The position numbers and the translations under genes are program-made. Under the pieces are notes generated by a model. It searched no databases, was not told the origin of the DNA, and worked only from the letters and a program-made list of their open reading frames with translations. Source: a virus (taxonomy: Duplodnaviria; Caudoviricetes). From it: DNA of 38,701 nucleotides. Positions 1 to 6,398 of the stretch are shown one piece after another (position 1 is the first letter of the stretch; every line of letters starts with the position of its first letter). The stretch lies in the IMG/VR virus record IMGVR_UViG_3300027159_000005, positions 1 to 38,701 of that record, one strand, 5' to 3'.

Positions 1-197
1 TGGTAAGTCCACAACTTGGTATGAGCGTGTTTTCTGCCTTTAGATCCCGCTCCTTTGGACTTTGTTTTCACCATTTTGTGCTCTTTTTCAGTGAAAGGTT
101 TACAAAAGTTACCTTTAGTCACGGTAGTACGATGGTGTATAGCATCAGCTTTTCTTTTCTGATCCACGTATTCACACATTTCTTTCATTGTCATCAT
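1..197 (-). CDS. Hypothetical early protein, runs off the window end (MMTMKEMCEYVDQKRKADAIHH...)
   Basis: Hand-translated open frame from ATG at 197, overlapping the stop of the upstream ORF (ATGA coupling); not in the ORF track. Confidence 0.65.
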   Translation of the reverse strand, partial: MMTMKEMCEYVDQKRKADAIHHRTTVTKGNFCKPFTEKEHKMVKTKSKGAGSKGRKHAHTKLWTY

Positions 198-376
198 AGT
201 ATTCTTTTTAATTCTTGTTTAATCGCTAATATATCTTCGTCGTCTACTTCTATGTCTTCGTCAGAGTGCATTTCTCTTTCCCATACAGTATTATATATAG
301 TGTTATGAAAGTTATTACTTATTACTTCATCTAGTTGATACGCTATTCCCTTTATTTCATTCTTTGTCAGCTTCAT
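194..376 (-). CDS. Small acidic hypothetical early protein (60 aa)
   Basis: ORF track; tightly packed in the minus-strand array; D/E-rich C-terminal half. Confidence 0.75.
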   Translation of the reverse strand: MKLTKNEIKGIAYQLDEVISNNFHNTIYNTVWEREMHSDEDIEVDDEDILAIKQELKRIL

Positions 377-377
377 A

Positions 378-512
378 CTACTTAAATTTATTTGCTACTT
401 CGTATATCTCTTGTTTATCGCTGCGATCTAAACCGCTTGTTTGACTTGCATACATTCTTAGTACATAGTGCACAAAAGTACAGTCGCTTTCACTTAATTC
501 TATTTTCTTCAT
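378..512 (-). CDS. Small hypothetical protein (44 aa, MKKIELSESDCTFVHYVLRMY...)
   Basis: Hand-translated; fills the gap between neighbours with 1-nt spacers. Confidence 0.7.
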   Translation of the reverse strand: MKKIELSESDCTFVHYVLRMYASQTSGLDRSDKQEIYEVANKFK

Positions 513-513
513 A

Positions 514-693
514 TTACTTGTATATTACATTAATTAAATCTTCTACTAACATTTCTTCAGTTTCCTCTTCTGCAGGAACACAGTCAACTACTACAAATTG
601 CTTTATTTTGTTTATAGTTTGCTCTTTACTTAAGTAACTACTCATAAATTCGAAGTGACTTATAGTTTCTTCTGACCAGTGGAATAAACTCAT
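514..693 (-). CDS. Small acidic hypothetical protein (59 aa, MSLFHWSEETISHFEF...)
   Basis: Hand-translated; 1-nt spacers to both neighbours. Confidence 0.7.
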   Translation of the reverse strand: MSLFHWSEETISHFEFMSSYLSKEQTINKIKQFVVVDCVPAEEETEEMLVEDLINVIYK

Positions 694-694
694 A

Positions 695-907
695 TTACGC
701 CCATGGATTATTAGACTTTTCTATATAAGTTAAACCTTCGTGGTTAAACCACTCGATAACACCTTCTTTGTCTTGATCTTGATCGTACATGAAGGCAAAC
801 TTACTTGGTAGTTCACCGATTAAATAACCTTTGTAAGTTACATCGTTTAGTCTCGCCATTGGCGCTTGATTCTTTTTGTCTTTGAAAAATTTAATAGTAT
901 TCTGCAT
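695..907 (-). CDS. Hypothetical early protein (70 aa)
   Basis: ORF track; A-rich leader; directly downstream of early motif copy 930-960. Confidence 0.75.
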   Translation of the reverse strand: MQNTIKFFKDKKNQAPMARLNDVTYKGYLIGELPSKFAFMYDQDQDKEGVIEWFNHEGLTYIEKSNNPWA

Positions 908-929
908 AGTTTATTATTTATTTACATTA

Positions 930-960
930 ATATTATCTCGCTTTAATCGTATTTATATTG
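930..960 (-). promoter_or_regulatory. Putative early promoter, copy A
   Basis: + strand ATATTATCT-N9-CGTAT-N5-TTG; same spacing in four copies, each upstream of a minus-strand gene. Confidence 0.7.
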
Positions 961-1191
961 TAAGAAGTGTTTAGTTGCTTCGTACTCTAATTTATTAAGC
1001 TCTACGTGGTGATTAGCGTTCTCGACTAAGTAATCAATCTCGTCTTTCATTCTCTGCAAAGTTAATTTAGTAAAACTACTTGTTTTCACATGTTGTAGTA
1101 GATCATTGTCGCTACATAAATACATAGTATTGATCTCACCCTTCCAGTTTTCTACTTGTATTTTCTCGTAAGTATATCCTTTATATTCCAT
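943..1191 (-). CDS. Hypothetical early protein (82 aa)
   Basis: ORF track; packed in the array. Confidence 0.75.
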   Translation of the reverse strand: MEYKGYTYEKIQVENWKGEINTMYLCSDNDLLQHVKTSSFTKLTLQRMKDEIDYLVENANHHVELNKLEYEATKHFLQYKYD

Positions 1192-1192
1192 A

Positions 1193-1345
1193 TTATACTG
1201 CTTCCCAGAATAGATCTCTCTGTTCGTTAGTTAAACCTTTTAAATTCTCTTGACCGAACATTTCTTGACAGATTTTTGTTCTTCTATCTGCTTCTTTGAA
1301 GCTGTTCATTACTTCATCCCACGCTTGTTGATTTGTTTTATACAT
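1193..1345 (-). CDS. Small hypothetical protein (50 aa, MYKTNQQAWDEVMNSFKEADRRTK...)
   Basis: Hand-translated; 1-2 nt spacers to neighbours. Confidence 0.7.
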   Translation of the reverse strand: MYKTNQQAWDEVMNSFKEADRRTKICQEMFGQENLKGLTNEQRDLFWEAV

Positions 1346-1347
1346 AG

Positions 1348-1446
1348 TTAATTTCTTATAGCGAAGGCAGCTGCGCTACCTAGCTTGGTTAATACTTTGT
1401 TTACTTTTTTTAGCGTTAACAACGCTTTGTGTTTAAAATTTCTCAT
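1348..1446 (-). CDS. Tiny basic peptide (32 aa, MRNFKHKALLTLKKVNKVLTKLGSAAAFAIRN)
   Basis: Hand-translated; ATGA overlap with the upstream ORF and a 2-nt gap to the downstream ORF. Confidence 0.55.
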   Translation of the reverse strand: MRNFKHKALLTLKKVNKVLTKLGSAAAFAIRN

Positions 1447-1577
1447 CTGTTTGTTTCTTTATAAAATTCTATTCTGTTAAGAACGTCTTTTCTAGTTACT
1501 TTACCTTCCATTTGATCTAAGATATCGCTAGTTAGATCTATTATTTTACCATTATCGCATGTTAATGTTACTTGCAT
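1443..1577 (-). CDS. Small hypothetical protein (44 aa, MQVTLTCDNGKIIDLTSDILDQMEG...)
   Basis: Hand-translated; first gene after early motif copy B. Confidence 0.7.
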   Translation of the reverse strand: MQVTLTCDNGKIIDLTSDILDQMEGKVTRKDVLNRIEFYKETNR

Positions 1578-1615
1578 AGTATTACTTTTTATTATAGTTA
1601 TTTATTGTTACATAG

Positions 1616-1646
1616 ATATTATCTATAGTGACTTGTATTAGTTTTG
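1616..1646 (-). promoter_or_regulatory. Putative early promoter, copy B
   Basis: + strand ATATTATCT-N9-TGTAT-N5-TTG. Confidence 0.7.
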
Positions 1647-1658
1647 AAACTTGATTTT

Positions 1659-1716
1659 AGAGGTGTACTATTATTTACTCCATGAAATAGTATGGGAAGT
1701 TTTATACTACACCTCT
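1659..1716. terminator. Long imperfect stem-loop just downstream of ORF 1729-1962 (terminator or processing site)
   Basis: AGAGGTGTA (1659-1667) pairs with TACACCTCT (1708-1716), with inner pairing TCCAT/ATGGG. Confidence 0.45.
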
Positions 1717-1728
1717 CTGTACAAGATA

Positions 1729-1962
1729 CTACTCAGTTATAAGTAGTTCTCTTGTTATTACAGGCATTGAAGTGCTTGAAGTGTAGGATTTATACTTTTC
1801 CCAGCACGCCATTGCTTCTAATTTGTTCTTCATTACTTCGAATACTTGATCGTGATTGTACTTTGCAACTTTACCACTTTTGAATGTTACTTCAATGATT
1901 TGATTTTTACCAATAAGTGACTTTCTTACTACAAACCTTTTACTTTTTAATACTTGTGACAT
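1729..1962 (-). CDS. Hypothetical early protein, paralogue 1 (SKRFVVRKSLIGKNQ family)
   Basis: ORF track; about 75% identical to 2230-2460 by manual alignment. Confidence 0.9.
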   Translation of the reverse strand: MSQVLKSKRFVVRKSLIGKNQIIEVTFKSGKVAKYNHDQVFEVMKNKLEAMACWEKYKSYTSSTSMPVITRELLITE

Positions 1963-1997
1963 AATTTATTTATTTAAGTTAATATTTATTTTCATGT

Positions 1998-2028
1998 ATA
2001 TTATCTGAACTGATCTGTATAAAGTTTG
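1998..2028 (-). promoter_or_regulatory. Putative early promoter, copy C
   Basis: + strand ATATTATCT-N9-TGTAT-N5-TTG. Confidence 0.7.
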
Positions 2029-2033
2029 TACAA

Positions 2034-2097
2034 GTGCTCTACGGCGGGGGAGTGAGGTGCTATACAAAGTGCTATACACTTTTAGGGGGTGAGGGGG
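2034..2097. repeat. G-rich tract with three GTGCT(A/C)TAC direct repeats and three G5 runs
   Basis: GTGCTCTAC 2034-2042, GTGCTATAC 2057-2065 and 2069-2077; GGGGG at 2046, 2085 and 2093. Confidence 0.7.
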
Positions 2098-2163
2098 TTT
2101 TACTTAACTGTCGCGTAGGACGGAGTCTACTCTTCCGATCTTATTTCAGAATCAGGCCAAGAA

Positions 2164-2214
2164 AGTGTGACATTAGCCTATTAGGTTAAGATAGTAACAG
2201 GCTATTGTCATAGT
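2164..2214. repeat. Imperfect palindrome 1 (TGACATTAGCCTATTA-N11-TAACAGGCTATTGTCA)
   Basis: 16-bp arms, 14/16 complementary; related to 2744-2793. Confidence 0.85.
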
Positions 2215-2229
2215 TTTTATTTGTAAGTA

Positions 2230-2460
2230 TTAGTCTGTGATTAACACAGATCTAACACTCACTGGAATACTTGTACTACTTGTGTAACTCTTGTACTTCT
2301 CCCAACAGTTCATTTTTTCAAGTTTCTCTTTCATACACTCGAACGCGTCGTCATGATTATACTTTGCGATCTTCCCATTTTTGAAAGTAACTTCTATTAC
2401 TTGGTTCTTTCCGATTAACGACTTTCTTACTACGAATCTTTTACTTTGCATTGTTGACAT
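2230..2460 (-). CDS. Hypothetical early protein, paralogue 2 (SKRFVVRKSLIGKNQ family)
   Basis: ORF track; paralogue of 1729-1962 with a shared leader sequence. Confidence 0.9.
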   Translation of the reverse strand: MSTMQSKRFVVRKSLIGKNQVIEVTFKNGKIAKYNHDDAFECMKEKLEKMNCWEKYKSYTSSTSIPVSVRSVLITD

Positions 2461-2518
2461 AATTATTTATTATTTAAGTTAATATTAGTTTGGAAATATA
2501 TAAATTTTAATTTCAAAT

Positions 2519-2549
2519 ATATTATCTTAGTTAGTCTGTATAAAACTTG
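2519..2549 (-). promoter_or_regulatory. Putative early promoter, copy D
   Basis: + strand ATATTATCT-N9-TGTAT-N5-TTG. Confidence 0.7.
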
Positions 2550-2743
2550 TTTAAAAATAGTATGTATCAAACAAAAAGTCAAAAACTCTACACAGGGGGA
2601 TCACAAAACGCTGAAAATTTCGCGTGATTCTTAAAAAAAAGGGGGGCCGTGGGCTTTTGAAAACGTAAAAGGGAATTTGCCGTCAACTTTTCTACAAGGC
2701 GCAATACCTCTGCCCTATATTTGTAATAACTTTTTAAATCGAT

Positions 2744-2793
2744 ACTATGACATTAGCTAGTTATATTAGATAGTAATAGGCTATTGTCACACT
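2744..2793. repeat. Imperfect palindrome 2 (TGACATTAGCTAGTTA-N10-TAATAGGCTATTGTCA)
   Basis: Second copy of the 2164-2214 element. Confidence 0.85.
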
Positions 2794-2817
2794 ATGCAAG
2801 TATATACTACTATATTT

Positions 2818-2846
2818 GTAAAAATAAGCGTTTTCGAGTAAGTATA
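2818..2846 (+). promoter_or_regulatory. Putative late promoter, copy 1
   Basis: GTAAAA-N11-CGAGTAAGTATA ahead of the first + strand gene. Confidence 0.5.
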
Positions 2847-2868
2847 TATAGTATACTAAAACAGTATT

Positions 2869-3132
2869 ATGGCAAAACCAAGAAGAAAAGGCGGACCGAA
2901 GCAGCATTTAAGTCCAGCAGCAGCTAAAGCTAAGGCGATAAGAGACCTTAAATACGCTAAAACAGCAAGAAGAACAAGGATGAAGGCGGAAAGTCAAAGA
3001 ATAGACTGTCCTAAAGGACACGATTACGATCATAATACTAAAAGATGTGTTACATCGTCTCATAACAGAGGTGGAACGCAGAGTAAGAGTAAAAAAGACG
3101 GTACTAAAGCTGAACGTAAACAAAATAAATAG
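2869..3132 (+). CDS. Small basic protein, possibly a degenerate HNH-like nuclease or DNA-binding protein
   Basis: Very K/R-rich; GHDYDH...SHNRG resembles the DxDH...NR core of small phage HNH proteins. Confidence 0.6.
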   Translation: MAKPRRKGGPKQHLSPAAAKAKAIRDLKYAKTARRTRMKAESQRIDCPKGHDYDHNTKRCVTSSHNRGGTQSKSKKDGTKAERKQNK

Positions 3133-3135
3133 AAC

Positions 3136-3990
3136 ATGTCAAATATATCAAGCTTCCCTACGGCTATTCCAGATGGCGATGATTTAATACTGGGCTCACA
3201 AACAGATGTAGCCGGTACTCCTCATACAAAAAACTTTACAGTACAGAGTATTGTGGATCTAGTCCCGGGTGGTGGTAGCGGTGGCTCATATTTACCCCTT
3301 GCAGGAGGAACAATGTCAGGTAATATAGCTTTGGGCTCAAATAACATTACAGGAATAAATACTTTATACGGAGTAAATGCCAATATAACTAATGTATCTG
3401 CAACTAATCTTTATGGAACATTTTGGGGTACTATAGCTTCTACCGCTACCGCTACTACTCAAGCAATAAGTGATGATTCTACTAAGGTTGCTACAACGGA
3501 ATATGTAGACAGAGCAGCAGGCACTGGATCATATTTACCATTAGCAGGTGGAACGTTATCTGGTAATTTAAGAATAGCTAAAACATTTCCTTCTTTAGAA
3601 TTGCAAGACTTACCAACAGGATCAAGTAATAGTAAGTTTATAAAATTCCTTAGCTCCATTGGAACCGAAACAGGTTCAATACGACATCAATCCGGTCCAG
3701 ACGGTGGAGGAGATCCCGGCATAACTATAAAAACTGAAGGAATTTATGAAACGTCGTTTCGCTTAGGACAAAGTTTGTTTGAATGGAAAATGCGCGAAAG
3801 CAGTACCAGTGCGGTTGAAACAGCAATGATAATAGATCAAAAAAACTCAACGGTTTCAAGACTTACTTTATACGGGGGTGATATAGAACTTGACGAAGCT
3901 ACCAGAGGTATTATATTAAAGTCTCCGAATGGTACAAAATATAAAGTAACAGTTGATAATGCAGGTAATTTAGCAGTAACAGCAGCATAA
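3136..3990 (+). CDS. Virion fibre-like structural protein (284 aa)
   Basis: Two YLPLAGGT repeats, DDSTKVATTEYV fibre motif, C-terminal LKSPNGTKYKVTVDNAGNL. Confidence 0.7.
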   Translation: MSNISSFPTAIPDGDDLILGSQTDVAGTPHTKNFTVQSIVDLVPGGGSGGSYLPLAGGTMSGNIALGSNNITGINTLYGVNANITNVSATNLYGTFWGTIASTATATTQAISDDSTKVATTEYVDRAAGTGSYLPLAGGTLSGNLRIAKTFPSLELQDLPTGSSNSKFIKFLSSIGTETGSIRHQSGPDGGGDPGITIKTEGIYETSFRLGQSLFEWKMRESSTSAVETAMIIDQKNSTVSRLTLYGGDIELDEATRGIILKSPNGTKYKVTVDNAGNLAVTAA

Positions 3991-3999
3991 AAATAAAAC

Positions 4000-4854
4000 A
4001 TGGCAATAATATATTCATATCCTTACGATCAGATTATAACTGATACAGATGCTTGGGTTGGTACTGATTCCGTCAATAGACAGACAAAACAATATACAGC
4101 AAAGGCGGTAGCGGATTACTTGAATATAAATGGTAAGGTAGCAATTGCCGGTCAAATGAATTATCAGTTTGTTCAAGACCCTTCATTTAAAGCAGGTACT
4201 TTTGCTTTTGCAGCCGGAAGTGGCGGCGGTACTCCTTGGTCTAGCATTACATCTATAGTAATATCAAACATGGACCTATCAGGTCAAATTGTTTCACCTT
4301 TCTTAGAGTACTTAGTAGATGAACAAGTACTATTCCAAGATGTAGCCGGTAAAGGTTCATTTGGGCATTATATAATGAGAGGGTACACGCAAATAGGTAC
4401 AACTAACTTTTACACACTAACATTAGAATACATAGGAGGTAATGGGTCTATAGATATGGATCACTATTACACTCTTGTAAACTTTTATCTAGAATCTGCA
4501 GCATCAACAAGTGTTAACAGTGTTGACACTAGTGATACTACGTTTATAGATATGACACCTACAACGCCTACAACAGGTAATGTAGAAATTACAGCATCAT
4601 TGTCAGCTACTGGTACGCCTGATAATACTAAATTCCTACGAGGAGATAACACTTGGGCTAAAGAAACTTTTGAATTTGCTCAAGCAACACCTTCTACTAA
4701 TTGGACTATACAGCATGATATGGATAAATTTCCATCGGTGTCCGTAGTGAATAACAATAACGTACTAATGTACGGTAATATAACATACGTAGACAAAAAC
4801 AACTTAACAATAAACTTTTCAGCTGGCTTTTCAGGCAAAGCGTACTTAAACTAA
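4000..4854 (+). CDS. Putative virion structural/fibre-associated protein (284 aa)
   Basis: T/S/G-rich; FLRGDNTW fibre motif; C-terminal WTIQH...PSVSVV beta domain. Confidence 0.65.
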   Translation: MAIIYSYPYDQIITDTDAWVGTDSVNRQTKQYTAKAVADYLNINGKVAIAGQMNYQFVQDPSFKAGTFAFAAGSGGGTPWSSITSIVISNMDLSGQIVSPFLEYLVDEQVLFQDVAGKGSFGHYIMRGYTQIGTTNFYTLTLEYIGGNGSIDMDHYYTLVNFYLESAASTSVNSVDTSDTTFIDMTPTTPTTGNVEITASLSATGTPDNTKFLRGDNTWAKETFEFAQATPSTNWTIQHDMDKFPSVSVVNNNNVLMYGNITYVDKNNLTINFSAGFSGKAYLN

Positions 4855-4860
4855 AAAAAC

Positions 4861-6381
4861 ATGGCAATTAATTATTTAAACAGTATCGATCTTAATAAGA
4901 ACGAGCTATTACAAGGTGTAATAGAAAACCAACCAAATGATGCGTCAGTTGGTCCATCACCTGCAACAGGACAGATATACTACAACACTGCAGATTATGA
5001 ATTAAGACAATACAACGGAACAGCTTGGGTATCAGTCGGTGATATTACATCATTAACACCGGGTACAAACATAAGTATAGATAATCCAGCTTCTTCTTCA
5101 CCTACTATCAATTTAGTTGACAACCCAACACTTGCGGGTAATTTAACAATAAGTAAAACTACTCCTAAACTAATAATAACTGATACGGTTGCAAGTGATT
5201 TAATACTTGAAATAAGCCAACAAGGTTCAACAACTTCTTTTACTTCTAGAGGCGGTACTAGTAGCACGGGTCAATTTAATTTTCGAATAACAAACGGATC
5301 AACAACTACCAATGCTTTATTTATAAACCAACAAGCACGCGCAACTTTTGCCGGTGATGTTGTAATAGATGGTGGAGATATTACCCTAGGGGGTCTAGGT
5401 AGAATACAAGGTGTTGATACAGTAACCGTTGGAACAGATGCTGCCAATAAAACATATGTCGATAACGCTATATCAGGTGTACCACAGGGTACATTAACAG
5501 GTTTAGGTGAAGGTACTTATGTAGACATAGATAACACAACTCCAGCCGTACCAATAATAAACGTAGAAGGTACAGAGGCTGCAACCGCAAGTAAGCTAGT
5601 AGCTAGAGATTCTAACGGTTATGGTTATGTAGCAACACCTGCTTCAGGTGATAGTTCTACTAAAATAGCAACAACAGCATTTGTACAATCTTCACTAACT
5701 GGTTTATTAGAATTCAAAGGCGGATTTAACGCTAACACTGGAGCAATAGTTGGCGGTGGTAACTTAACATCAGGAGCTGCTAGAGTTGCAGTTGCTGTCG
5801 GTGATTACTACGTAGTAACCGTAGATGGTGACTTCTTTGGAAACACGGCAACACCACTTACAGTAGGTGATTCTGTTATAGTTCAAACTGCGGCTGCAGC
5901 TGGTGCCTCTGTAGAAGGTGATTTTATAGTCGTACAATCTGATACTGATTTAGCAACCGCAACAACTGTAGGTTTAGGTAATGTAGTTCCAGGTGCTGGA
6001 GGAACAATAACAGCTCCATATACTAGTGGGACTGCTACATTAGATGTTGTTGATTCAACTGCTGGTCAAAAAGGAGCCGTGATCGTAGCTGCTGGTACTG
6101 GTATATCTGTTGCTTATGCTTCAGGTACCGCAACCGTAACAAACACAGACACAAACTCTAGTAATACTGATGAAGGAACAATATCTGCAGGTAGCTTATC
6201 AGGAACAGTTACACATAACTGGGGAACTGCAAAAGTTATTGTTCAAACATATAGAGACAACGCTACTGATAATTACCCAACAGTGTTCTGTGATATAACT
6301 AGAGCATCAAATTCAATTACAGCAACTATAGCAAGTACAGAAACCGATGATATAGTTATACTAGTGCAGAAAATAGGTTAA
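4861..6381 (+). CDS. Tail/head fibre-like protein (506 aa)
   Basis: GQIYYNT...YNGTAW, DAANKTYVD and DSSTKIATTAFV fibre motifs; shares modules with 8985-13712. Confidence 0.7.
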   Translation: MAINYLNSIDLNKNELLQGVIENQPNDASVGPSPATGQIYYNTADYELRQYNGTAWVSVGDITSLTPGTNISIDNPASSSPTINLVDNPTLAGNLTISKTTPKLIITDTVASDLILEISQQGSTTSFTSRGGTSSTGQFNFRITNGSTTTNALFINQQARATFAGDVVIDGGDITLGGLGRIQGVDTVTVGTDAANKTYVDNAISGVPQGTLTGLGEGTYVDIDNTTPAVPIINVEGTEAATASKLVARDSNGYGYVATPASGDSSTKIATTAFVQSSLTGLLEFKGGFNANTGAIVGGGNLTSGAARVAVAVGDYYVVTVDGDFFGNTATPLTVGDSVIVQTAAAAGASVEGDFIVVQSDTDLATATTVGLGNVVPGAGGTITAPYTSGTATLDVVDSTAGQKGAVIVAAGTGISVAYASGTATVTNTDTNSSNTDEGTISAGSLSGTVTHNWGTAKVIVQTYRDNATDNYPTVFCDITRASNSITATIASTETDDIVILVQKIG

Positions 6382-6398
6382 TAATTAAATCCATTTAA

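Noticed and set aside
21-637. + strand ORFs 21-308 and 392-637
   Set aside because: Antisense shadows of the tightly tiled minus-strand micro-genes.
2030-2860. CRISPR mini-array or tRNA in the non-coding control region
   Set aside because: Only two long repeats about 530 nt apart with a gene between them; no regular repeat-spacer pattern and no cloverleaf recognised.
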